Program-made: the position numbers and the translations under genes
Shown here: piece by piece, positions 9,590 through 18,600 of the stretch
How the letters are laid out: every line of letters begins with the position of its first letter
Position numbering within the stretch: position 1 is the first letter of the stretch
Notes under the pieces: model-generated
What the model was told of the DNA's origin: nothing
Databases searched by the model: none
What the model saw: the letters and a program-made list of their open reading frames with translations, nothing else
Origin: Thermodesulfobacteriota bacterium
GTDB lineage: Bacteria; Desulfobacterota; GWC2-55-46; S146-70; JAUXIU01
Assembly (NCBI GenBank): GCA_046753505.1
Contig: JBHHTR010000001.1
Span: forward strand, 1 to 47,834
Direction of reading: 5' to 3'
DNA length: 47,834 bases

Positions 9590-9757
9590 GAGCCGTAACG
9601 CATAAAGAGGCTTCCCTGGCCTCCTATGGGGGTTCCACTGGCTGACCTGCCTCTTCCCGGACTCTCCGTTTCTCAAGTCCGTCAAACCCTGCCCGTCCTG
9701 AAGCTCTATCCTCTCCTCTGCTATTGAGGAGGCCGTCATCGAGAGGGCTCTGAAATA

Positions 9758-10645
9758 ATGCCATTTCTGGAAGTATTTGCCATAGTTTTTCCTGTCTTCT
9801 CCATTATCGGCCTCGGCTATCTCTTCGCCGCATATAAAAAGTTCTCCCTCGAACCCCTTGTCGAGACCCTTCTCTACCTCACCATTCCTGCTCTCGTCAT
9901 CTCATCGCTCATAAAGAATAAGATCCTCCTTTCCGAGTTCGCCGTTGTATCGCTGGCCGCCTTCACCGTCGTGGCCGCAACCGGTCTCATCACCCTCCTC
10001 TTTCTCACCCTCACTGGAAGGCGTTCTCTACGGGGCTTTTATCTACCCACCATGTTTATGAACTCGGGCAACATGGCATTCCCCCTCTCCCTTCTTGCAT
10101 TCGGCGCTGAGGGGCTTACGGTTGCCGTCGTCTACTATGTGGCAATAGGTATGCTTGTTTTTACCCTCGGCATTTACATAGCGGCTGGAAAGGGGGGAGG
10201 GATGGAGATAGTGAAGATGCCCCTCCTCTACGCGGCTGTCATAGGGATTGGCATTAATCTATCGGGGATAAAAATGCCGTCATACATCGTCTCGACTGTC
10301 GATCTGTTGGGAAGCGCCACCATACCCCTCATGCTGGTGAGCCTTGGCTACCGGCTCTACTCGATCCGGCTTAATACAGTACGGCTCTCCCTCTGGGGCT
10401 CACTGATACGAATTGTAGGGGGTGGCGTCGTTGCCTACGGCTTTGTTACGCTATTCGGGATAGAAGGGGTACAACGCAACATCATCATCCTCTCCTCCAC
10501 CATGCCCTCGGCGGTCATAAACTTTGTCCTGAGCTACCGTTATAAAAGGGACGCCGACCTCGTAGCCTCCACTATCGCACTCAGCACACTCATCAGTATC
10601 GTCACCACGCCGGTTGTATTGACACTTCTGCTCTACAATAGATAG
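9758..10645 (+). CDS. AEC (auxin efflux carrier) family permease
   Basis: 295 aa, about 8-10 hydrophobic helices. Overall pattern resembles membrane transport protein family PF03547. Substrate unknown. Confidence 0.7.
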   Translation: MPFLEVFAIVFPVFSIIGLGYLFAAYKKFSLEPLVETLLYLTIPALVISSLIKNKILLSEFAVVSLAAFTVVAATGLITLLFLTLTGRRSLRGFYLPTMFMNSGNMAFPLSLLAFGAEGLTVAVVYYVAIGMLVFTLGIYIAAGKGGGMEIVKMPLLYAAVIGIGINLSGIKMPSYIVSTVDLLGSATIPLMLVSLGYRLYSIRLNTVRLSLWGSLIRIVGGGVVAYGFVTLFGIEGVQRNIIILSSTMPSAVINFVLSYRYKRDADLVASTIALSTLISIVTTPVVLTLLLYNR

Positions 10646-10727
10646 TAAGTATACGATCCTGCCGAGTGGCCATCCAAGTGGCAAATATTACCAGACATGA
10701 TATATTGTGCCCTTGAGTGATGTTACT

Positions 10728-10766
10728 CCCTCTCCCCGATGGGGAGAGGGTTGGGGTGAGGGGGAG
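10728..10766. repeat. GC-rich perfect hairpin with G-rich tail
   Basis: CCCTCTCCCC gat GGGGAGAGGG (10-bp stem, 10728-10750), followed by TTGGGGTGAGGGGGAG. Confidence 0.7.
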
Positions 10767-10806
10767 TGATAAATCGTCATCCACTTTCGGTGACTGTAAG
10801 TCCTTT

Positions 10807-10883
10807 AAAGTGTGAGAAAAAGAAAATTGCATTTTTTATTTTCGTCCTCTGGATACTTCAGGGACGAATTATTCAGAGGTTCC
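10807..10883 (-). repeat. family-1 partial copy C (modules 4-5 only)
   Basis: GTGTGAGAAAAAGAAAATTGCATTTTTTATTTTCGTCCTCTGGATACTTCAGGGACGAATTATTCAGAGGTTCC matches copy A 4236-4308. It ends 4 nt before the ATG at 10888. Confidence 0.85.
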
Positions 10884-10887
10884 TTAG

Positions 10888-12183
10888 ATGAAAAAGATAG
10901 AAGAGTATAGCTATGAGATATCTCGGTGTGTACGGTGCGGCGTCTGCCGGAGCGTATGTCCCACCTTCGGCGTCATAAAGAGGGAGGCAGCCAGCGCACG
11001 GGGAAAGGTTGCACTTGCCGACGCCTACCTGAAGGGGGAGGTGAAGCTGACCGACACCGTTCTGAAGCATATTACCGAGTGTGTCCTCTGCGGTGCGTGC
11101 AGGCAGAGCTGCCCCAACGATGTCCCCGTGCCGGATATCATGATGGCCATGAGGGCGGAGGCTGTAAAGAAGCGGGGGTTGCCCTTCCTACCCTCCCTCA
11201 TCATGAAAAACCTCCAGAAGCCGGATGCCATGATGGGCAAGGCGCTCAAGGCGGCATCCCTCGTCCAGGGGCTTCTATTCAAGAGAGTGCCGGGGGAGAG
11301 CGGTCTTCATCGGCGTTTTCCCCTCCCCCTCATCCAGAGGGAGCGGTTTGTCCCTCCTCTCGCAAAAAAGTTCTTCCTCGACAGTGTGAAGAGAGGGGGT
11401 GATGTCGTATCGACAGGTGACCGTGGCATCAGGGTCGGCTTCTTCGCCGGCTGTATGATTAACTACGTCATGCCGAATATCGGCACGGCGTCGCTTAAGG
11501 TTCTCAGGAAGAGCGGCGCCACTGTTGTAGTTCCCCAGGGGCAGAGCTGTTGCGGTATGCCCGCCCTAGGCATGGGTGACATCGATGACGCGAAGGCCCT
11601 CGCATTGAAGAACCTTGAGGTATTTGAAGAGCACGACCTCGACTTCATCACATCCTCGTGTGCAACGTGCAGCGACGGTTTAAAAAACCGTTTCAGGGAG
11701 CTCCTCCAGGATGAGGGGCCGGAGCTCAAGGAACGGGTAGATGATTTCTGCGATAAGGTACGGGACATTACCGAGCTTCTTGTTAATAATCTCGGTCTGA
11801 CAGATGGCGCTCTGGATCTGAAATCCGCTGAGCCGGTCCCGGTCGTTACCTACCACGACCCGTGCCACCTGCGGAGGGGACAGGGGATCAAGGACGAGCC
11901 GAGGGAGTTGATAGAGATGACCGGTGCAAAGCGGAAGGAGATGGGCCACCCGTGCAGGTGCTGCGGGCTAGGCGGAAGCTTCAATATTACCCACTACGAC
12001 TTCTCCATGGCGATTAACCGTAGCAAGGCCGAGGACATAAAGGAGACCGGCGCCGATGTGGCCGCCACCGCCTGTCCCGGCTGTATCATGCAGCTCCGGG
12101 ACGGTCTCCACAAGGTAGGGGCAGAGACCGACGTGAGACACGTGGTGGAGCTTCTCGCCGATAGAATCGATATAGAGGATTGA
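10888..12183 (+). CDS. (Fe-S)-binding protein, GlcF / HdrD-like with two CCG domains
   Basis: 431 aa. Two CxxCxxCxxxCP ferredoxin motifs (CVRCGVCRSVCP, CVLCGACRQSCP), followed by cysteine-rich CCG-type repeats (SCCGMP, CRCCGLGGSF). Confidence 0.8.
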   Translation: MKKIEEYSYEISRCVRCGVCRSVCPTFGVIKREAASARGKVALADAYLKGEVKLTDTVLKHITECVLCGACRQSCPNDVPVPDIMMAMRAEAVKKRGLPFLPSLIMKNLQKPDAMMGKALKAASLVQGLLFKRVPGESGLHRRFPLPLIQRERFVPPLAKKFFLDSVKRGGDVVSTGDRGIRVGFFAGCMINYVMPNIGTASLKVLRKSGATVVVPQGQSCCGMPALGMGDIDDAKALALKNLEVFEEHDLDFITSSCATCSDGLKNRFRELLQDEGPELKERVDDFCDKVRDITELLVNNLGLTDGALDLKSAEPVPVVTYHDPCHLRRGQGIKDEPRELIEMTGAKRKEMGHPCRCCGLGGSFNITHYDFSMAINRSKAEDIKETGADVAATACPGCIMQLRDGLHKVGAETDVRHVVELLADRIDIED

Positions 12184-13176
12184 CTAAAATAGAAAGGTGA
12201 GATCCAAGAAGGCGCCGTGGCGTTCACTCACCGCCTCATTTAATTGAGTGGTAGAAATAGCGCCGCTCGAAGAAAATGTGGTGTCGGTTCCTTTACCTGA
12301 CTTGATAAACCAGTACCGGTAGCCGGCCTCAATCTCAAAGTTCTTCCAGATACGGTAAGCGAGGGATGCATCAATTTCCACCCCGTACCCGCCGTTTGCC
12401 TCATGGGTAAAGCTGGGGTTCTGTTTGAAGTCGGAACGGAGATTCCAGATGCCCTCACCGCTGTAGCTCGTATATGGGATAAAGACGGTGGTTCCCTTTA
12501 GATTGACTCCCCCGTAGAGTGGGAGAGAACCCTCCACGCCTATCCTGAAAGACTTCCAATCAAAGGTGTAGTGAGAATTCAACCCGGCGATAGCTCCTGT
12601 GCCAACAGTACATGTGGGGGCAACGCAAACCCCCTGAAAACCGTTGGTCATCGTGACCTCTTCATGCCACTGCTGGTACCCTGCGATAAGGCCGAGATAT
12701 GTTGTTGTTCTCCCCGCCTTTGTCTTTCCGGCGAGGAAGCGGTAGCTGTACTCAGCATTGAAATAGTAGAGGTCATTCCAATCCTTGCCGTCAGCGGCGC
12801 CGGTGCTGAGTGAAAAGATATCCTGCCGGTCATTGCTGAGATAGTCACTGTCCCGGTAGATACCGCCCTCCATGTTCCCGTAGCCGAAACGGACGGTCAC
12901 GGCGGCGGCGCCGCTCCTGAAGCCGCCGTAAATCTCCTCAACCGTGCTGTCGAGATCGAGAAATTCCAGTTCCGAGAGGATATCAGGAGTGCCGCCTATC
13001 TGAGCAATACTCCACTCATTGTCACCGGTGCTGATCCACGTTCTCTCGCCAACAAAGAAGGAGAGGGGTGTAGGCGGTTTTTTATTAAATAATCTGTGAC
13101 GCTTTTCGGCAAAGGCTGGAGAAGCGGCACTGAGGAGTATTACGGCGAGGATCACTGCTGTTACCCTGACAAGCAT
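12184..13176 (-). CDS. outer-membrane beta-barrel protein, omptin-like
   Basis: 330 aa. Signal peptide ...SAASPAFA/EK. Alternating aromatic beta-strand pattern and C-terminal ...LDLTFLF. LGLIAGYQQW and RDSDY resemble OmpT LGLMAGYQES and VDQDW (recalled from memory, not searched). Confidence 0.55.
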   Translation of the reverse strand: MLVRVTAVILAVILLSAASPAFAEKRHRLFNKKPPTPLSFFVGERTWISTGDNEWSIAQIGGTPDILSELEFLDLDSTVEEIYGGFRSGAAAVTVRFGYGNMEGGIYRDSDYLSNDRQDIFSLSTGAADGKDWNDLYYFNAEYSYRFLAGKTKAGRTTTYLGLIAGYQQWHEEVTMTNGFQGVCVAPTCTVGTGAIAGLNSHYTFDWKSFRIGVEGSLPLYGGVNLKGTTVFIPYTSYSGEGIWNLRSDFKQNPSFTHEANGGYGVEIDASLAYRIWKNFEIEAGYRYWFIKSGKGTDTTFSSSGAISTTQLNEAVSERHGAFLDLTFLF

Positions 13177-13283
13177 AGACGTTCTTTCTAATACATTCGT
13201 ACTACGAAGTCAACGTGTTTTTATTACAACAGATTATTTCTGCAATGTTTATTATAACGGGGAAGCGTTCATGATTTTTCTTA

Positions 13284-13432
13284 GGAACCTCAGAATAATT
13301 CATCCCTGAACTATTCAGAGGACGAAAAATAAAAGTGCGATTTTATTTTTCTCACATTTGCAATGGCTTGCCGCCACTGAAAATGGCGATACTTCCATGT
13401 GTCGCGGAAGGTCTGAATTAATCAGACCTTCC
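13284..13432 (+). repeat. family-1 structured intergenic element, full-length copy B (149 bp)
   Basis: GGAACCTCAGAATAATTCA...GGAAGGTCTGAATTAATCAGACCTTCC. Inverted relative to copy A. Confidence 0.9.
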
Positions 13433-13623
13433 TTTATCTCAGCGGATAATCCAGGAGCCACAAATTTCACAAAGAGTCTCATGGCTTATTGCAACCTTTT
13501 ATCTCTTCTCATCCTTCTCCTAAGGCCCGATATATTTGACGGAAGATGCTAACTTTGTTACTTTCAAGTACGTTTGTTGAAGGGCGGGGAGGTGGAACCT
13601 CCACGGTGAAACGAGGGAGAGCT

Positions 13624-15048
13624 ATGGCTAAAGAACACCCATACCTTATAGATGGAGAGTGGCGATCGTCTTCGGAGCGTATTGAGGTGGTCAATCCGTA
13701 CAACGGGGAGGTCGTAGGCACTACCTTTGGAGCAGATGACGGGGCGGTGGAGGATGCCGTCAGCGCGTCAGTGCGGGCCTTCGAGGAGACAAGGGCGCTC
13801 CCGGCCTATCGGCGGGCCGACATACTCGAAGGGGTGGTGCGTGGCATTGGCGAACGGGCGGAGGAGATTGCACGCACTATAACCGCCGAATCGGGGAAAC
13901 CGATAAACTCCGCCCGTGGAGAGGTAACGCGGGCTCTCTCCACCTTTCAGTTGGCACTGGAAGAGGCGAAGCGCCTCGGTGGGGAGGTGGTTCCCCTCGA
14001 TAGTGCGGTCGGCTCTGAAAAGCGGACCGGCATCGTGAGGAGGTTCCCCATCGGGCCGATTTTTGCCATAACCCCCTTCAATTTTCCTCTAAACCTGGTT
14101 GCCCATAAGGTTGCACCTGCCATGGCATCGGGCAATGCCATCCTCCTGAAGCCGTCGCCGAGTACGCCCATTACCGCTCTTATCCTCGGTGAAATCATCT
14201 CCAAAGCTGGCTGGCCTTCGGGGGGGATCAATATCTTTCTCTGTTCAAATAATCAGACAGAGGGGATTGTCAGGGATGAACGGGTCGCCATGGTGACCTT
14301 TACCGGCAGCGCCTCGGTCGGATGGCGGATGAAGGGAATGGCCGGACGGAAAAAGGTTGCCCTCGAACTTGGCGGCAACGCTGGCGTCATTGTCCATAGC
14401 GACTCCGATATGGATTACGCGGTGAAGCGGTGTGTTACAGGGGCCTTCGCCTTTTCGGGGCAGGTATGCATATCGGTCCAGAGGATCTATGTGCAGCGGG
14501 AGGTTTACGCTACCTTTGTCGAACGCTTCCTTGAAGCTGTTGGCGCCCTAGAGATGGGCGACCCGATGGACGAAGATACGGAAATGGGGCCGTTGATCGT
14601 TGAGGCGGCGGCGGTAAGGACGGAGGAGTGGGTGAAGGAGGCGGTGGAGGGTGGAGCTAAACTGCTGACGGGCGGGAATCGGCGGGGGAGCTTCTTCGAG
14701 CCAACCGTCCTCACTGGCATCCAACCAGGTATGCGCCTCTCCTGTGAGGAGGCATTTGCCCCCATCGTGGTAGTTGAGCCTTACGACGCCTTTGAGGATG
14801 CCGTGGATTCAATCAATGACTCACCCTACGGTCTCCAGGCCGGTCTCTTCACCTCAGATATGAAGCGCATCTTCTACGCATTCGACAAACTCAATGTTGG
14901 TGGTGTGGTAGCAAACGATGTGCCGACCTACCGGGTTGACAATATGCCATACGGTGGGATCAAGATGAGCGGCTTCGGCAGGGAGGGGGTGCGGTACGCC
15001 ATGGAGGAGATGACCGAGCCCAAGCTGCTTGTTCTGAACCTCTCATGA
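13624..15048 (+). CDS. NAD(P)+-dependent aldehyde dehydrogenase, GapN-like subgroup
   Basis: ALDH superfamily: ITPFNFPLNL, ELGGNA, catalytic GQVCIS. Start moved to ATG 13624 (MAKEHPYLIDGEW), which is preceded by GGGAGAG. The longer ORF from 13546 adds a non-homologous leader. Confidence 0.85.
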   Translation: MAKEHPYLIDGEWRSSSERIEVVNPYNGEVVGTTFGADDGAVEDAVSASVRAFEETRALPAYRRADILEGVVRGIGERAEEIARTITAESGKPINSARGEVTRALSTFQLALEEAKRLGGEVVPLDSAVGSEKRTGIVRRFPIGPIFAITPFNFPLNLVAHKVAPAMASGNAILLKPSPSTPITALILGEIISKAGWPSGGINIFLCSNNQTEGIVRDERVAMVTFTGSASVGWRMKGMAGRKKVALELGGNAGVIVHSDSDMDYAVKRCVTGAFAFSGQVCISVQRIYVQREVYATFVERFLEAVGALEMGDPMDEDTEMGPLIVEAAAVRTEEWVKEAVEGGAKLLTGGNRRGSFFEPTVLTGIQPGMRLSCEEAFAPIVVVEPYDAFEDAVDSINDSPYGLQAGLFTSDMKRIFYAFDKLNVGGVVANDVPTYRVDNMPYGGIKMSGFGREGVRYAMEEMTEPKLLVLNLS

Positions 15049-15121
15049 TTTTCCTCTTGTTTTTAAGAGAGAGCTGCGCTACTATAATCGGCACTTTAGA
15101 TACGAGGAGGTATACGCTGTA

Positions 15122-15316
15122 ATGTCGCTTAAGATAACTGAAGATTGTGTGGCCTGTGATGTCTGCCGTCCCGAATGCCCTGTCGATGCCATAAGCGAGG
15201 GTGAAGATATATACATTATAGACTCGGAGGTGTGCGTTGAGTGCAAGGGATATTTCGATGACCCGAAATGTGCGGATGTTTGTCCCACCGACGCCTGTGT
15301 CCCTGAGGATGAGTAG
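15122..15316 (+). CDS. 2x[4Fe-4S] ferredoxin (YfhL-like)
   Basis: 64 aa. CVACDVCRPECP and CVECKGYFDDPKCADVCP cluster motifs. Confidence 0.85.
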   Translation: MSLKITEDCVACDVCRPECPVDAISEGEDIYIIDSEVCVECKGYFDDPKCADVCPTDACVPEDE

Positions 15317-15566
15317 TCATATAGACCGTGTTGCAGGTGTGGCTTCGTTGTCATTATAGGGGAGAGTCTTTTGCCAGGCACCTCGTTGGAGAGCCTTGAA
15401 TCAACGCGGTAGCGGATCTCGGTTGTACCTTCAAACGATATAGGCCATTTCCATCTCTCAGTAAATCCTGTCTATCCTCATTAACAGTGGGGCGCTCCTT
15501 CTTGTGAAGAGATGTGCTGTGGTGGATTTAGCCCCCGGTGTCAGTGAGTGAGGTGGCGGCCCGTTT

Positions 15567-15594
15567 TTCATAACCCGTTTATTACAACTATAAT
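15567..15594 (+). promoter_or_regulatory. candidate sigma-70 promoter for gltBD
   Basis: TTCATA (15567-15572), 16-nt spacer, perfect TATAAT (15589-15594), 42 nt upstream of the gltB ATG. Confidence 0.35.
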
Positions 15595-15636
15595 GGTCTC
15601 ATAAGAGAAGTCGTGAGGTAGCAATCAGCAGCAACT

Positions 15637-18600
15637 ATGGATCAGATAAAAGATAAAAAGCGTAAGAATGTGGGGTGGGGCATCCCGGCACAGGGTCTCT
15701 ACGACTCGCAACACGAGCACGATGCCTGCGGGGTTGGCTCTGTCGTCAACATAAAGGGGAAGAGGTCTCACGAGATACTTCGTCAGGGGCTTACCGTCCT
15801 TCTCAACCTCCTCCATCGAGGCGCGGTGGGGGCGGAGCCCAACACAGGTGACGGCGCAGGCATCCTCTTTCAACTCCCCCATAGGTTCCTCAAAAAGGTA
15901 TGCGCCGAGGAGGGGATTGACCTCCCTGAGCATGGGGAGTATGGCGTCGGCATGGTCTTCCTGCCACCGGACCCATCTTCACGGCAGGCCTGCGAGAAGA
16001 TACTCGAGGATATTGTCAAAGAGGAGGGGCAGCGCCTTCTCGGATGGCGTGACGTGCCGACGGATAACAGCTCTCTGGGGGAGACGGCCAGGCTCTCTGA
16101 ACCGTTTGTCCGCCAGGTCTTTATAGCCAGAGATCCTCAACTCGGCGACGATCTTGCCTTCGAGCGCAGGCTCTTTCTAATCCGCCGCCGGGCCTACTAT
16201 GCGATTATCCACTCCGATATCAAGGGGAGCGAGTTCTACTATACACCGAGCTTCTCTCACAAGACGATCGTCTACAAGGGGATGCTCCTGACGGAACAGG
16301 TAGACGCCTACTATACCGATCTGGCGGACACAGATATTGAGACGGCCATTGCCCTCGTTCACTCCCGTTTCAGTACGAATACCTTCCCAAGCTGGAACCG
16401 GGCCCACCCTAACCGATACATGGTTCACAACGGGGAGATCAATACCCTCAGAGGGAATGTCAACTGGATGCACGCCTGGCAGTCGATGTTCAAGTCCGAA
16501 CTTTTTGGCGAGGATCTTCCCAAGAGCTTTCCCGTCGTTAACCGTGACGGGAGCGACTCGGCAATGTTTGACAACTGCCTCGAATTCCTCGTCCTCGCCG
16601 GCTACTCCCTCCCTCACGCGATCATGATGATGATCCCCGAGCCGTGGCAGAACCACGAGAGGATGAGTGACGAAAAGAGGGCCTTCTACGAGTATCACAG
16701 CTGCCTCATGGAGCCGTGGGACGGCCCCGCTTCGATAGCCTTTACGGACGGCACCGTTGTCGGAGCAGTTCTCGACCGGAACGGCCTTCGTCCATCGAGG
16801 TACTATATTACAAAGGACGACCTCGTCGTTATGGCCTCCGAGGTCGGCGTCCTCGACATCCCGCCCGACCGTATCCTCCACAAAGGGAGGCTTCGCCCTG
16901 GGCGCATGTTCCTCATCGACACAGAGGAGGGACGTATCATTGACGACGGAGAGATAAAAAGCCAGATTGCATCGGAATACCCCTATCGGGAGTGGTTGAA
17001 TGAGCACCTTGTTTCGATTGATGATCTGCCCGAGGCATCGCCTCTACCCGCGCCGGATCACGAAACGGCAACCCTCCGTCAGCAAGCCTTTGGCTATACG
17101 ACGGAGAGCCTCGATATTTTATTGGCGCCGATGGCGAAAAACGGTGTCGAACCGATCGGGGCGATGGGGAACGACACCCCCCTTGCGGTCTTCTCCGACA
17201 AGCCAAAACTGCTCTACGATTACTTTAAGCAGCTCTTCGCCCAGGTTACCAACCCCCCCATCGATTCCATCAGAGAGGAGATCGTAACGGCGACGGAGAT
17301 TACCATCGGTCCGAGGTTGAACCTCCTCAAACCGGAGCCAGAGAATTGCCGACAGATCAAGGTAAAGACGCCGATCCTGACAAACGGTGAGATGGCAAAA
17401 CTACGATCCCTCGACATACCCCATTTCAAGGCGTTGACCCTGCCGATTCTCTTCAACGCGACCGATGGCGGAGAGGGACTGAAGGCCGCAATGGATGAAC
17501 TCTTCCGGCGGGCGAGCCAGGCAATCTCCGAGGGGGTGAACACCCTGATACTATCCGACCGGGAGATGGACAGCAAGAACGCGCCCATACCGGCCCTCCT
17601 CGCGGTAGCCGGTCTCCACCACCACCTCATCCGTGACGGGAAACGAACCCAGGTTGGTCTGGTCCTTGAGTCGGGAGAGCCGAGGGAGGTGCACCACTTT
17701 GCCCTCCTCATCGGTTACGGGGCGGGGGCAATCAACCCCTACCTCGCCTTTGAAACACTCGACGACATGATAGGGGAGGGGACTCTCACCGGGATTACAT
17801 CCGAGGCTGCCGCGAAGAACTACGTCAAGGCCGCCACAAAGGGGGTGCTCAAGACGATATCAAAGATGGGTATATCAACCATCCAGAGCTATCGCGGCGC
17901 CCAGATATTCGAAGCCGTAGGTCTGAACAGCGCCGTTATTGCCGACTACTTTACCTGGACCTCGTCCAATATAGAGGGTATCGGTCTCGACGAGATTGCC
18001 AGAGAGGTCTTGATGCGCCATAAGAAGGCCTTCCCCGAGCGTCGGAGCGTAGATGGCTCTCTTGACACAGGAGGGTACTACAAGTGGCGCAGCGACGGCG
18101 AATACCACCTCCTCAACCCTGAGACGATACATAAGATACAGTACGCCTGCCGCACCAATGACGAGGCTCTCTACAGGGAGTATGCCGAACTGATCAATAA
18201 CCAGTCAGAGAAGCTATGCACCCTCCGGGGCCTCATGGAGTTCAAGTGCGCCAACGAAGCGATCCCCATAGATGAGGTTGAATCGGTAGAGGACATCTGC
18301 AAGCGCTTCAAGACAGGGGCCATGTCGTACGGCTCAATCAGCAGGGAGGCTCATGAGGCGATGGCGATCGCCATGAACCGTATCGGAGGGAAAAGCAATA
18401 CCGGCGAGGGTGGAGAAGACCCGGCGCGGTATATCCCCGATGCCAATGGAGATTCCAGGAGTAGCGCGACCAAACAGGTGGCGTCGGGACGATTCGGCGT
18501 TACGAGCCAGTACCTGGTAAACGCCAAGGAGATCCAGATAAAGATGGCCCAGGGGGCAAAGCCGGGCGAGGGGGGACAACTACCGGGCCGTAAGGTCTAT

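Noticed and set aside
15380-15400. Possible sigma-54 promoter (GGCACCTCGTTGGA) upstream of gltB.
   Set aside because: The -12 element lacks the conserved GC (TGC) and the spacing does not fit TGGCAC-N5-TTGC.
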